Source: Myxococcales bacterium | GTDB taxonomy: Bacteria > Myxococcota > UBA727 > JABDBI01 | Length of the DNA: 56,064 nt | Direction of reading: 5' to 3' | NCBI GenBank assembly: GCA_947445025.1 | Contig: CANFCB010000004.1 | Coordinates: 1 to 56,064, forward strand | Shown here: positions 27,009 to 37,905 of the stretch, in pieces | Layout of the letters: each line of letters starts with the position of its first letter | Numbering within the stretch: position 1 is the stretch's first letter | Notes under the pieces: model-generated | What the model saw: only the letters and a program-made list of their open reading frames with translations | Told to the model about the DNA's origin: nothing | Databases searched by the model: none | Program-made: the position numbers and the translations under genes

Positions 27009-28838
27009 ATGACAACTACCCCAGATAAAATACGTAATGTCGCCATTATTGCCCACATCGATCACGGCAAAACCACGCTTTTGGACGGACTTTTAAAACA
27101 ATCACAGGTTTTTAGAGCCAACCAAGTCATCCAAGAACGCGTCATGGATTCCTATGATCAAGAACGAGAGCGCGGCATCACTATTTTTGCCAAGCATTGC
27201 GCTTTGCAATTCGGGGAATACAAGATCAACGTCATTGACACCCCCGGCCATGCCGACTTCTCTGGAGAAGTCGAGCGCGTGCTAGACATGGTGAACTCCG
27301 TGCTCCTGTTAGTTGACGCGCGCGAAGGCCCCATGCCACAAACACGCTATGTGCTGGCACAGGCTTTGAAGCATGGCCTTAGACCGCTGGTGATTATTAA
27401 TAAGATTGATCGTCCACATGCTGACCCGGATCGCGTCTTGTCAGAAACTTTTGACTTATTTGTGGAATTAGGCGCAAATGATCATCAGCTCAACTTCCCT
27501 TATATTTATGCCTCAGGTCTGGCAGGTTATGCCTGTCGCGAGATTGATGACCCACGTGTTGATCTTGCTCCGCTGCTACAGCTGATCGTTGAAGAAGTTC
27601 CTGCTCCTGAAGGATCAATTGCTGAGCCCTTTTTGATGCAAGTCGCAACTGCGCCCTATGATGAATATCTGGGCCGAGGATCTTGCGGTCGTATTTTGAA
27701 TGGAAAGATTAAAAAAGGCGATATGGTCACCCATGTTGATGTTAATCTACAAGAAAAAACTTTAAAGATCACACGCATCAAAGGCTATATCGGCATTCAA
27801 CAAGTCGACATGGACGAAGCCGCAACCGGCGATATTATCGTAATTTATGGCATCCCAGATGTTTTAATTGGGGATACGCTTTGTGATCCCGGACACATTG
27901 TTCATTTGCCTGCTTTGCGTGTTGAAGAACCAACTATCTCTATCAACTTCGTGGTTAACTCTGGTCCCCTAGCTGGACTAGACGGAAAAAATATCACCAT
28001 GAATAAAATACGTGACAGACTTTGGCGTGAAAAAAGAGCCAACATCACCTTGCGCATTGAAGAAACCCCAGGACAGCAAGACAGCATGACCGTATCTGGT
28101 CGAGGTGAATTGCATCTGGCCGTCTTGATCGAAGCCATGCGCCGAGAAAATTATGAGTTTTGCATATCAAAGCCAAAAGTAATCACTAAGATTATTGACG
28201 GCGCCACCCATGAATCACTGGAGCGCCTCTACATTGAAGTTCCAGAAGAAAATTCTGGTGCAGTGATCGATGCCTTGGCAAAACGCAAAGGCGAGATGCA
28301 AAATTTTGAGACCAACGAACACCAGATTACCGCCATGGAATTTTTAATCCCCACACGCGGGCTCATGGGTTTTAGACATGACTTCTTAACCATGACACGT
28401 GGCGAAGGAATTCTGACCAGTATTTTTGAAGCGTTTGTACCCTGGAAAGGCGAGATTCCAAAACGTAAGAATGGCGTTATGATCTCCACCAATCAAGGTC
28501 GCGTTACCCCTTATGCTTGCTTCAGTTTACAAGAACGTGGCATGTTGATGGTTGCTCCCAATGAAACCGCCTATGAAGGTATGATCATTGGCGAACATTG
28601 CAGGGATAATGATATTCCTGCCAACATCACCCGTGAAAAGCAACTAACCAACATCCGTGCCGCCGGCAAAGATGAAAATATTATCTTAGTTCCTCCTCTT
28701 AAAATGACGTTAGAGCAGGCTATCGATTATATTGAAGACGATGAATATGTCGAAATCACGCCCTCGACGTTTCGCTTTAGAAAAATTCATCTAAAAGAAA
28801 ATGATCGCAAGCGTGCCGAAAAAGGCCAGCCTGGGTGA
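27009..28838 (+). CDS. typA: Translational GTPase TypA/BipA
   Basis: [42 protein letters not shown]. Confidence 0.97.
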   Translation: MTTTPDKIRNVAIIAHIDHGKTTLLDGLLKQSQVFRANQVIQERVMDSYDQERERGITIFAKHCALQFGEYKINVIDTPGHADFSGEVERVLDMVNSVLLLVDAREGPMPQTRYVLAQALKHGLRPLVIINKIDRPHADPDRVLSETFDLFVELGANDHQLNFPYIYASGLAGYACREIDDPRVDLAPLLQLIVEEVPAPEGSIAEPFLMQVATAPYDEYLGRGSCGRILNGKIKKGDMVTHVDVNLQEKTLKITRIKGYIGIQQVDMDEAATGDIIVIYGIPDVLIGDTLCDPGHIVHLPALRVEEPTISINFVVNSGPLAGLDGKNITMNKIRDRLWREKRANITLRIEETPGQQDSMTVSGRGELHLAVLIEAMRRENYEFCISKPKVITKIIDGATHESLERLYIEVPEENSGAVIDALAKRKGEMQNFETNEHQITAMEFLIPTRGLMGFRHDFLTMTRGEGILTSIFEAFVPWKGEIPKRKNGVMISTNQGRVTPYACFSLQERGMLMVAPNETAYEGMIIGEHCRDNDIPANITREKQLTNIRAAGKDENIILVPPLKMTLEQAIDYIEDDEYVEITPSTFRFRKIHLKENDRKRAEKGQPG

Positions 28839-28940
28839 GCTAAATACGGCAGAATCACCAATAAACGTAGTGCTTAGGCAACCTGCGCTGGCAGCGTTTT
28901 TCCTGGGAAATAAATTTGATTTAACCCATGTTTTGAACAC

Positions 28941-29903
28941 ATGCTAAAAATTTTATTGTTGCTTCTCGTATCCAACCAGGCTTTTTCTCAAGTGACGCCA
29001 AAAGTAGTTGAAAAGCCTTGGAAATTTTCAGGGTCGCTGGGAGGAAGTTTCTCCTGGACTGCTACTCAGAATTTTGTCGGGGTCAGCAGCAATAACCCCT
29101 CTGTCACGCCATCGTTGCACTCTCATCTTGAGTTGAAATATCGTGAAGACGTTCATGAGTGGCGCAACAATCTAGGCATCATTCTTGGTTATACTTATTT
29201 TCCACCCCCAAGTGCCTGGATCAAAACTTCGGATACGCTCAAAATCAATACCATCTACCTGTACCATCAGTTGCCTTGGTTTGGTTATTTCAGTAGCGTT
29301 AGCCTCAACACTTCTATATTTCCCGGTAAAAGCATTGAAGGAGGTTCGAATACCTACATAATTACTGATGTAGTTACCAATAAAAAAGTGAGTACAGTGA
29401 CAGCAGCTAGTTTACACTTAAGCAATGCTTTTGCGCCTTTGTTTTTAGAACAGTGGGCAGGTGTTTTTGCACAGTTTATCGATAAGCCAGAAGTGTTCTT
29501 AGAACTGCGTTTAGGGGCAGCAGTACGTGAGAACTTTGGACATGGACAAAAAGCCATTACTTGCAATGGCCCTTGTAATGCCAACTATATTTTGGTGCAG
29601 CAGCTGGCCAACGTCTATGAACTTGGGCCAGGAGCAGGTATTTTATTTAAGACCCAGTTCTGGAACAATAAACTATCCTATCGTTTGGATTTCGATACCA
29701 TATGGGCCATATTGCAAACGCCTGAAATTAAACCCACTGGCAGCTGGAGTCGTTTCAGTTTTGATTTGAGCAGTACCCTTGGGTTCAATCTGCTTTCCTG
29801 GTTGACGCTTAATTGGACTCTAAGAGCACTTCAAAACCCAGCGGTGCTCGATAATGTGCAATATTTAAGTAACCTATCGCTTGCAATCAACTTCCCTATT
29901 TAG
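28941..29903 (+). CDS. Outer membrane beta-barrel protein (DUF3078-like)
   Basis: Signal peptide; HEWRNNL...WIKTSDTLKINT pattern; alternating beta-strands at the C-terminus. Confidence 0.6.
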   Translation: MLKILLLLLVSNQAFSQVTPKVVEKPWKFSGSLGGSFSWTATQNFVGVSSNNPSVTPSLHSHLELKYREDVHEWRNNLGIILGYTYFPPPSAWIKTSDTLKINTIYLYHQLPWFGYFSSVSLNTSIFPGKSIEGGSNTYIITDVVTNKKVSTVTAASLHLSNAFAPLFLEQWAGVFAQFIDKPEVFLELRLGAAVRENFGHGQKAITCNGPCNANYILVQQLANVYELGPGAGILFKTQFWNNKLSYRLDFDTIWAILQTPEIKPTGSWSRFSFDLSSTLGFNLLSWLTLNWTLRALQNPAVLDNVQYLSNLSLAINFPI

Positions 29904-29916
29904 CTACTATGGCTAA

Positions 29917-30396
29917 ATGGAAATTATCAAAAAAACAAAAAAATTGTATGAACTCTTCTTAGAATTTGATCATTGGTTTCAAACTCCCTTTCTGTTCATT
30001 CTTCGGGTGACCTGGGGCGTTTTATTTATATTAGAAGGTTGGTACAAGTTTAGCCACGTAGATTCAAATGTGAGCTATTACGCCAGTCTTGGATTTTCTG
30101 CCCCTGTTTTCATGGTGTATCTGTCGGCATCAGCAGAGTTTTTTGGTGGTATCTTTTTGGTGGTCGGTTTCTTAAGCCGCCTGGTTTCAATCCCCTTAAT
30201 AATTACCATGATCGTGGCGGTAGTAATGGATCCGGGTAAGTCCCACTTTTTGGGACATGGAAGCGGTCAAACCGAAGCCTTCTTATCTCAGATTCCGCTG
30301 GTTTTTGCTTATGCGTGTCTGACGATCCTGCTCTTTGGCCCAGGCAATTGGTCTTTGGACTATAGGTGGAAAGATAAATTCTTCCTGTGCCGATAG
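29917..30396 (+). CDS. DoxX family membrane protein
   Basis: LRVTWGVLFILEGWYK, AEFFGGIFLVVGFLSR, GPGNWSLD. Confidence 0.9.
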   Translation: MEIIKKTKKLYELFLEFDHWFQTPFLFILRVTWGVLFILEGWYKFSHVDSNVSYYASLGFSAPVFMVYLSASAEFFGGIFLVVGFLSRLVSIPLIITMIVAVVMDPGKSHFLGHGSGQTEAFLSQIPLVFAYACLTILLFGPGNWSLDYRWKDKFFLCR

Positions 30397-30411
30397 TGCG
30401 CCTTCGGCAAC

Positions 30412-32049
30412 TCATTTTTTAATAATTCTTCCGCCTAAGCTTTGGTATTTATTTTTTTTGCCATTTTGCAAATAAGCTATCAAAGCTTCGTCTAACGTTT
30501 CTGATAATATCTCGACATTGGTCGTCTTCTTAACTAAAATTTCAAAACCATCTCCACCTATCAGCATGAAACGATTAGCAGCGAGGCGATATACTTTATT
30601 TGGCAACACTGGCTCATAAACGCCATCTGCTGATTGAATTTCAAGAGAACTAACCCAAGGCGTTTGGTTTTTTTTTGGTGACCATACATAATGCAATCCT
30701 GCCACTTGCAAAAATCTGGCCGCGCCTTCATTCACCTTATTATCAGATTGTTGCACGCCAAATTCAACAAGATCCCACAAATCTTTTCCGGTTAGATCAA
30801 ATATTACAATTTCATTTAAGAATGGAACTGCATCTAAAATTTGCCAACGGGTCACAGTCCCCTTGCTTAAACCGGTGCGAATACCGCCACCGTTCATCAG
30901 CGCTGCCTTAGCTCCATATTTTTTTGCTACCTCGAACATAGCATCAGAAAGCACATCGCCCAAGCCACACTCTTCATGTCGGCAATGCAGCGATCCCCCT
31001 TCTAAATTAATTGGCAACATGCTTATCACTTCTTTACGCATTTTTTCCAATGGCACTTCCAGCGCTTGCACTTCTTTTTTAACTTCTGCATCTTCCAAAA
31101 TAGATCCATCCAATAAAATTGGCTCGCCATGATAGGCAATCACCCTGCCCGCATCATTGAAGGTCACATTTAAATATCCTAAGTATTTTCCATAGGCGTA
31201 GGCTGACACAATCAAAACAGGATTTTCAACTGGAGTCGAAACCACAAAAGGATATGGTCCATCTGCTTCTGGACTGGTGTTAGACAAAAAAGTATTGCTA
31301 TGTCCAGCAACAATAACGTCAATACCGGACACTTTTTTAGCAATTTCGATATCTCGCATAAAACCAGAATGGCTTAACAAAATAATACGATTAATGCCTT
31401 TTTCATGCAACTCATCCACTGCTTTTTGCAAGCTCGCTTCAATAGGCAAAAATTTAACATTAAATCCTGGAGATGAGATGCTACTGGTTTCCTCTGTCGT
31501 GCATCCGATAATGCCAACCTGCTGCCCGCCCACTGTAACAATCGTATAAGGTTTTACTAAACCGGCAAGAGAAGGCTCCTGTGATACGTCCACATTGGCA
31601 CTCAAAACAGGAAAGTTAACGCCTTTAATGAAACGACCCAAATTGGTCGGTCCATCGTCAAATTCATGATTTCCAAGGGCCATGGCAGCATAACCCAATC
31701 TATTCATAAACTGCTTGGCTTCTTCATTTTTGTAGCGCGTATAAAACAATGTTCCTTGAAATTGATCGCCGGCATCGACGAGCAAAACATTTTTTTCTTG
31801 CTTACGAATTGCCTCAATCTTGGCAAATCGACGTGCAACGCCACCAAAACATTTATTTTTTTCAATTTCGCTGTCATCACAGGTCTGATCAAAAGCATTA
31901 ATAGGCAAAAGCCTGGCATGAACATCATTGGTATGCAGCAAATTCAAGGTAAATTCTTTCGAAGAGGCAGATGTTGTCGCACAGCCAATACTCAGAACAA
32001 CCCCAGATAAAAGCAGAGACAAGACACTGAATAATTTAACGCTTAGCAA
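30412..32049 (-). CDS. 5'-nucleotidase (metallophosphatase + C-terminal domain), lipoprotein
   Basis: Lipobox SIGC; HTNDVH, DAGD, GNHEFD, AGHSNT, NGGGIR, RFLQVAG, GGDGF. Confidence 0.95.
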   Translation of the reverse strand: MLSVKLFSVLSLLLSGVVLSIGCATTSASSKEFTLNLLHTNDVHARLLPINAFDQTCDDSEIEKNKCFGGVARRFAKIEAIRKQEKNVLLVDAGDQFQGTLFYTRYKNEEAKQFMNRLGYAAMALGNHEFDDGPTNLGRFIKGVNFPVLSANVDVSQEPSLAGLVKPYTIVTVGGQQVGIIGCTTEETSSISSPGFNVKFLPIEASLQKAVDELHEKGINRIILLSHSGFMRDIEIAKKVSGIDVIVAGHSNTFLSNTSPEADGPYPFVVSTPVENPVLIVSAYAYGKYLGYLNVTFNDAGRVIAYHGEPILLDGSILEDAEVKKEVQALEVPLEKMRKEVISMLPINLEGGSLHCRHEECGLGDVLSDAMFEVAKKYGAKAALMNGGGIRTGLSKGTVTRWQILDAVPFLNEIVIFDLTGKDLWDLVEFGVQQSDNKVNEGAARFLQVAGLHYVWSPKKNQTPWVSSLEIQSADGVYEPVLPNKVYRLAANRFMLIGGDGFEILVKKTTNVEILSETLDEALIAYLQNGKKNKYQSLGGRIIKK

Positions 32050-32063
32050 TTGATGCCCCTATA

Positions 32064-33716
32064 TTAATTATTTATTATACTATTAGCAGATTGACTAATT
32101 CTTTGGATGCGTCCTTCAACTTGACCCATATTTTGTCCTGAAGAATGCTGTAAATAATTAACAAAGCACTCCTGCGTTGTTTCTGATAAAAATTTTATAT
32201 TTTTTCCGGCACTAAGCAAAACACTATAGCCATCACCACCATTGCTAATAAAACGATTGGCAGCAATTCGGTAATCTAGCTCAGAGTTAACGGGTGTATA
32301 AATACCTGATTGCGACTGAATATCAATTGCAATTACTCTGGACATCGCAGGTTTTGTCGGATCCCAGACCACATGAAAGCCTGCAACTTGTAAAAATCGG
32401 CCGGTTCCCTCATTTCTATGGTCTTCAGCGCGGCTAACACTGTGCTCAAACAAGCTCCAAATATCTTTTCCTTGCATATCGAATACGCTTACTTGATTTA
32501 GAAATGGCAGCGCATCTACCACTTGCGATCTGGAAACATCGCCCATGGCCAGACTTGCTCTAATGCCTCCGGAATTAATAATCGCAGCAAGGGCACCATA
32601 TGGCTTGACTGTGGCTAGTACTGCATCTGCAGAGGCATTTCCTAAAGTGCATTCTTGATGTCGACAATGCACTGAAGAGCCATCGAGATCATTGTCGAGA
32701 TGTGCCACGATTTCGTTTCTTAAGCCATCCAAGGGCACACGCATTTGTAAAACCCAAGCCTTAACGCTGGCATCTTCAGGAATGCTCTCATCCAGCAAAA
32801 TCGGCTTACTTTGGTAGCGAATCGGAACTCCCTGTTCGTTAAAATCAACGTCGAGGTAACCCAAATATTTCCCATATGCATAAGCAGACACAATCAAAAC
32901 TGGGGTATTGCTCGGTGAATTCACCACGATAGGTGTCGGCCCTTCTGTGGCGGGGTCATCATTAGAAAGTAAAGTGTGGGTATGCCCAGCCACAATAATA
33001 TCAATGCCGTCGACTTGAGCCGCGACCTTCATATCTCGTCCCACTCCGGCATGGCTCAAGGCAATAATTTTATTGATCCCCTCGCCACGTAGCTTTTGCA
33101 CCACTGCCTGTACGCTGCTTTCAATATTCAAAAAATGAATTGTGGAGCCTGGGGAAGAAAGCTGCGCCGTTTCTTCGGTGATGTAACCAATAATACCAAT
33201 GCGTTCCCCGCCCACTTCCACCACCGTGTAAGGTTTAACCAAACCATTTAAATCTGCATCTAAAGAAGTATCGATGTTGGCCGCCAATACCGGAAAGTGC
33301 GTCTGCACAATAAAACGAGCCAAATTGGCAGGACCGTCGTCAAATTCGTGGTTTCCCACGGCCATCGCGTCATAGCTCAGCAGATTCATGGCCTGAGCTG
33401 CTTCTTGTCCCCTGTAATGATTGTAAAATAGAGTGCCTTGAAATTGATCGCCGGCATCAAGCAGCAAAACATTTTCCTTAAGTGCACGCAGTTCTTTTAT
33501 TTTGCTAGCTCGGCGGGCCAGCCCACCAAAACATTCATTTTTTCCCCATTTATCATCGTTACATGTCTGATCAGACTTATCGACTGGCAGCAACCGGGCA
33601 TGAACATCATTGGTGTGCAGCACGCTTAAATGAAAATCACGTGCCACAGCCGCAACGTGAACTAAAGAAAATACACACAAAACACTGAGACTAACCAGGC
33701 GTGAACCAATAATCAT
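32064..33716 (-). CDS. 5'-nucleotidase, secreted paralog
   Basis: Signal peptide; HTNDVH, DAGD, GNHEFD, AGHTHT, NSGGIR, RFLQVAG, GGDGY. Confidence 0.95.
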   Translation of the reverse strand: MIIGSRLVSLSVLCVFSLVHVAAVARDFHLSVLHTNDVHARLLPVDKSDQTCNDDKWGKNECFGGLARRASKIKELRALKENVLLLDAGDQFQGTLFYNHYRGQEAAQAMNLLSYDAMAVGNHEFDDGPANLARFIVQTHFPVLAANIDTSLDADLNGLVKPYTVVEVGGERIGIIGYITEETAQLSSPGSTIHFLNIESSVQAVVQKLRGEGINKIIALSHAGVGRDMKVAAQVDGIDIIVAGHTHTLLSNDDPATEGPTPIVVNSPSNTPVLIVSAYAYGKYLGYLDVDFNEQGVPIRYQSKPILLDESIPEDASVKAWVLQMRVPLDGLRNEIVAHLDNDLDGSSVHCRHQECTLGNASADAVLATVKPYGALAAIINSGGIRASLAMGDVSRSQVVDALPFLNQVSVFDMQGKDIWSLFEHSVSRAEDHRNEGTGRFLQVAGFHVVWDPTKPAMSRVIAIDIQSQSGIYTPVNSELDYRIAANRFISNGGDGYSVLLSAGKNIKFLSETTQECFVNYLQHSSGQNMGQVEGRIQRISQSANSIINN

Positions 33717-33830
33717 AGCAACCCTCGCCGATAAGAGTCACCATGATTATCGAGACGTCGACAATATGAATATAAGCCAATCAGCCGATGCTTTTTAGTA
33801 CGCTTTTTAAAAGAAACGCTTTCTAATTTC

Positions 33831-34307
33831 ATGCTAGACAAGCAAACTATGAAAAATTTAATGTTTAGTTATATTTTGGGAGCTGCAGGTCTAGTGAGCC
33901 CAATTGCGGGACTGCACCGATTTTATCTCGAAAAGCCCGTATCTGGAGTTTTCTATGTTTTGACTTGGGGATTCTTTGGTATCGGGACCATTATCGATCT
34001 CATTCGTATGCCTGTCTTGGTCGATGAAACCAACAATCAGCTACTGGGCAGCAGCAAACGGACTTTTTTGTTAGACAGCAAAAGCCGCTTCTCTACTCCT
34101 GAGCGTGAGATTTTAAAGATTTGCAAAAAAAATAACGGGGTGGTGACCGTGCAAATGATTGCCATGGACACAGCGCTTTCCTTAAGCGAAGCGAAAAAAG
34201 AATTAGAACGCTTGAAAACCGAGGGGTTCTGCACCATAGACATCGACATGGACGGTGTTGAGATTTATCAATTCAGCGGTTTAATTGCAAAGAAACCACT
34301 ATTTTAA
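33831..34307 (+). CDS. TM2/NINE domain protein with C-terminal winged-helix-like region
   Basis: AGLHRFYLEKPVSG..YVLTWGFFGIGTIIDLI; C-term ILKICKKNNGVVT...EAKKELERL. Confidence 0.85.
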   Translation: MLDKQTMKNLMFSYILGAAGLVSPIAGLHRFYLEKPVSGVFYVLTWGFFGIGTIIDLIRMPVLVDETNNQLLGSSKRTFLLDSKSRFSTPEREILKICKKNNGVVTVQMIAMDTALSLSEAKKELERLKTEGFCTIDIDMDGVEIYQFSGLIAKKPLF

Positions 34308-34409
34308 ATGGCCAAGTCAACCTTGAAATGCATAGACTGAAGAATATTGCGGTCCGCCTTTCAAGCATTTCCTCTAAATTTTCTCAACTTTTACAGCCAC
34401 TTTTCTTGA

Positions 34410-34562
34410 GTAGATTTAGCAGAAGGCAAAAATTTGGTGGACGCTTTTAAACAAACGTTTGGTGTTTTGATCGATTCGTCTGTTTTAAAAACACTTCCCG
34501 AGGCTAAGCTTCGATCTGGTATGGCTGAAATCATCAAGCATGGAATTATTTGCGATGATTGA
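34410..34562 (+). pseudogene. aroB: Internal fragment of 3-dehydroquinate synthase
   Basis: Translates VDLAEGKNLVDAFKQTFGVLIDSSVLKTLPEAKLRSGMAEIIKHGIICDD*, matching AroB GKNLVGAF.Q...LKTLP.RE.RSG.AEIIK; no start codon context, flanked by stops. Confidence 0.8.
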
Positions 34563-34615
34563 AAAAGCAACCAAACTTGCAAACACACTGCAAAATCGGT
34601 TATCCTATATTCAAT

Positions 34616-35503
34616 ATGGATAATAATAATAATAAAATAGTCGTCATCACCGGCGCATCAAGTGGAATTGGTTTAGCAACAGCGCTCTACCTCAATGAGC
34701 ATGGTTACCACGTTGTTGCGGGAGTTAGAAAACCCCAAGACAAAGAGGCAGTCTTAGCAAAAGCCCAATTTCCCGCTCGGATGTTGACCATATTGTTGGA
34801 TGTCACCAAAGAGAGCGACTTGCAGTCCGCTCTGGCCAGCGTACAAGCCCTCGTTGCAGATCATAAAGAAGTGGCGGCTATTGTGAGCAATGCCGGTATC
34901 GTCATACTTAAAGGCAACATCTCCTGCGAAGAATGTCCTGAAGAAACACTGCGCACCGTCATGGATATTAATTTTTTTGGTGCCGTGCGCTTTATTCAAA
35001 CTTTTTTACCTTTGGTGCGCACAGCAAAAGGCACCGTTGTCATTAATAGCGCCATGGCCGCAAAATTAGTCATCCCTTTTACCGCCGGCTATGCGACTTC
35101 TAAATGCGCTCTGCAAGGCTGGGCTACCTCTTTGCGCAGAGAAGTTTACGCGCAGGGCATCCATGTCGTTCTCATTGAAGCAGCAAGAGCCAGCACCAAT
35201 CTAGACGCCAAACAAAATCCTGAGGCTGTTGACCAAAGCAAACTCTATCCGATGCAACGTCCCTTTATCAAAGCCTTCCTAGAATCGATGGCATCAGGGA
35301 AAAACAATCCGCATTCCTCACCGTGGCGTATTGCTAAAACAATTGCCCAGGCAATTGCAGCAAAGCACCCCAAACTGCACTACGCTATTGGCAGCGGTGG
35401 CCATCTTTTAGCGTTTATCTCTTTGCTGCCTGATCGCATCCAAGATTGGCTCATCAATAAAATGATGCACAAAATGACGAGTACCTCCAAATTGGTTACC
35501 TAA
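34616..35503 (+). CDS. Short-chain dehydrogenase/reductase
   Basis: TGASSGIG, SNAG, YATSK; likely start ATG 34616. Confidence 0.92.
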   Translation: MDNNNNKIVVITGASSGIGLATALYLNEHGYHVVAGVRKPQDKEAVLAKAQFPARMLTILLDVTKESDLQSALASVQALVADHKEVAAIVSNAGIVILKGNISCEECPEETLRTVMDINFFGAVRFIQTFLPLVRTAKGTVVINSAMAAKLVIPFTAGYATSKCALQGWATSLRREVYAQGIHVVLIEAARASTNLDAKQNPEAVDQSKLYPMQRPFIKAFLESMASGKNNPHSSPWRIAKTIAQAIAAKHPKLHYAIGSGGHLLAFISLLPDRIQDWLINKMMHKMTSTSKLVT

Positions 35504-35541
35504 CCAAGATCACTCCCTAAAAACAACGCAAGAGCAAAAAT

Positions 35542-36267
35542 ATGAAGATCCTAAAATTTAAAACTAACCTCAGATGTGAAAGTTGTTTAGCAAAAATAAA
35601 GCCACTTTTGGATGGGGATAAAACTATCCAAAGCTGGGAAGTAAACCTGGCATCCTCGGACAAAGTCCTAACAGTTTCAGGAGATAACGTTGATGTTTCT
35701 CGGGTGAAGGAACTTTTAAAGCAGGTAGGCTATGACGCTCAGGAGTTCAAAGAGGTACCGATAGCGATAAATCCAGTCTCTGAACCATCACCACAAACTT
35801 ATTTCCCTTTGATACTGATTTTTGCCTATTTGGGGGGAGGGATCGCGATTTTTCAGCTTCAAGCACCTATTTTCAATATAAAGGAGGTCATGGGGCAATT
35901 CATGGGCGGGTTTTTTATTATTTTCTCGTTCTTCAAGCTATTGAACCTCAAGGGTTTTTCTGATGCTTACTCAACTTACGATTTGCTCGCTAAACGCTGG
36001 CCAAGCTACGGATATATATACCCCTTCATTGAGCTTGGGCTGGGGATTGCCTATTGGTCACATATTGAAGATTTGTGGGTCGATGTAGCAACTATTGTAG
36101 TTATGGGATTTAGCAGTCTCGGTGTTATGCAAAGCCTAATGCAAAAGCGAAAGATCAAGTGCGCATGTTTGGGAACGGTTTTCAACTTGCCGATGAGTTC
36201 GATCACTTTAATCGAGGATTTGCTTATGATGATTATGGCGATCAGTATGGTTATCCTGTCGCACTAG
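35542..36267 (+). CDS. HMA-domain + MauE/DoxX-like membrane protein
   Basis: TNLRCESC metal-binding loop; YDLLAKRW..YGYIYPFIEL, CACLG, EDLLM. Confidence 0.88.
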   Translation: MKILKFKTNLRCESCLAKIKPLLDGDKTIQSWEVNLASSDKVLTVSGDNVDVSRVKELLKQVGYDAQEFKEVPIAINPVSEPSPQTYFPLILIFAYLGGGIAIFQLQAPIFNIKEVMGQFMGGFFIIFSFFKLLNLKGFSDAYSTYDLLAKRWPSYGYIYPFIELGLGIAYWSHIEDLWVDVATIVVMGFSSLGVMQSLMQKRKIKCACLGTVFNLPMSSITLIEDLLMMIMAISMVILSH

Positions 36268-36352
36268 GCGCGCGACCGTTCACAGGAGCAGATACCAGCT
36301 GGTGATGCAAGTTATCTACTGTCACCAAGCTTTTTACGACATCGGGAGAAAA

Positions 36353-36652
36353 ATGAGCAACGATAAGCAGCAGGCCAGGAAAGCGTACGACGAAAAATTG
36401 GAGCATTTAGAAAAACGCGTTGATCATTTTGAGCAGGGAGCAATAACAGAGATTAAAGAACTTCGCCGTAAATTTGATCGAAAATTTCACGCTTTATATT
36501 TATTGGTGACATTTATTGGGATAGCTCTGGTTTGGTATGGGCTGTGGACAATTATTAGCGAAATCGCCATCATCAATAATCCCTATGTAGCTTGCGGATT
36601 AGGCTTTGTTATTTTACTCTTGTCTGGACGCCTTTTTGACAGATTAGTTTGA
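36353..36652 (+). CDS. Hypothetical small membrane protein
   Basis: ATG after GGGAG; charged N-term then two TM helices (GIALVWYGLW). Confidence 0.7.
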   Translation: MSNDKQQARKAYDEKLEHLEKRVDHFEQGAITEIKELRRKFDRKFHALYLLVTFIGIALVWYGLWTIISEIAIINNPYVACGLGFVILLLSGRLFDRLV

Positions 36653-36664
36653 TATCCTATAAAA

Positions 36665-37900
36665 TTACGAGCCAAATGTCAGGTGGTGAACATTTACAAC
36701 TTCTTGGCCATTTTTAAATACGGCACGGACCGGATTCAGCGACCAATCGTAAAATAAATCCCAGGGATTATCGCTCGACAAAACACAGAAATCGGCTTTT
36801 TTTCCTGCTTGAATCACGCCTACATCATCACGCCCAACTGACTTTGCCGCATGCCTGGTTATCCCCAACAGAGCCTCTTCGCAGGAAAGACCGCACCTGG
36901 TCACGCTGAGCCTGGCCGCCCAATGCAAGTTGTCGCACATCGCTGATCCTGGATTAAAATCAGTTGCCACGGCAACCTTCAAACCAGCATCTATAAATGA
37001 CCTAGCCGATACTGCGGTTGATAAGCCTAAATACTCTTGTGCGGTCGGCAAAATTTCCGCGATTACATGGGTTTTTGCTAATGCTTTTTTGTCGTCATCA
37101 GTGGCATATTCAAGATGAGAAGCACTTAAAGCAGATACCTGGGCCGCAAGCCATGCACCACCCGAATGACTCAACTGCTCGGCATGCACCTTGCACGATA
37201 AGCCTGCTGCTTTTGCGGCACACAAAATACGCAAACCCTGCTCTTTAGTAAAAGCACCGCGTTCCACAAATACATCACAGGAAGTAGCAATGCCTTGTGT
37301 TTTAATCTGCGGTATCATCTCGTCAATAATATGGTCAACATAGTCGTCAGCGCGGTTTTTATATTCAGGAGGAATGGCGTGAGCTCCTAGAAATGTAGGA
37401 CAAATTTGAATCGGTTGCAGCTGATTGAGCGCACCCATCACTTCCAACATTTTCAACTCATCGATCAGCGACAATCCATAACCAGTCTTGGCTTCAATCG
37501 TCGTCACCCCGTAAGACAACATGCGTGACAGCCTGGGCAATGCCAGCTCAATTAATTCTTCTTTAGTGGCCCATCTAGTTGCTTGCATAGTATTTAAAAT
37601 ACCGCCACCGGCCTGCATGATTTCTTGGTAAGTGGCACCTTGGGCACGCAACACGAATTCATCTCGTCTGGAACCGGCAAAAACCAAATGGGTATGGCAA
37701 TCCACCAGACCGGGCATGACCACACCGCCTAAGCAATCAAAAGTTTCAGCGACGACATATGGCACATGGTCTTCTTTCCCTACCCAAACAATAGATTTAC
37801 CGTCAATAATAACAGCAGCGTTTTGAATTACGCCCAGAGGATTTTGTGCATCCCCATTCATGGTTAACAGTTTTTCAATGTTTCGCAAAAGCAAAGGCAT
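36665..37900 (-). CDS. hutI: Imidazolonepropionase
   Basis: PGLVDCHTHLVFAGSR, EAKTGYGL, FLGAHAIP, HAEQL, ATDFNPGS. Confidence 0.97.
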   Translation of the reverse strand: MPLLLRNIEKLLTMNGDAQNPLGVIQNAAVIIDGKSIVWVGKEDHVPYVVAETFDCLGGVVMPGLVDCHTHLVFAGSRRDEFVLRAQGATYQEIMQAGGGILNTMQATRWATKEELIELALPRLSRMLSYGVTTIEAKTGYGLSLIDELKMLEVMGALNQLQPIQICPTFLGAHAIPPEYKNRADDYVDHIIDEMIPQIKTQGIATSCDVFVERGAFTKEQGLRILCAAKAAGLSCKVHAEQLSHSGGAWLAAQVSALSASHLEYATDDDKKALAKTHVIAEILPTAQEYLGLSTAVSARSFIDAGLKVAVATDFNPGSAMCDNLHWAARLSVTRCGLSCEEALLGITRHAAKSVGRDDVGVIQAGKKADFCVLSSDNPWDLFYDWSLNPVRAVFKNGQEVVNVHHLTFGS

Positions 37901-37905
37901 GAAAT

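Noticed and set aside
34302-34316. Short match (AAATGGCCAAG) to the hutI 3' region as a third gene-end duplication
   Set aside because: Only about 11 bp and in inverted orientation; expected by chance.
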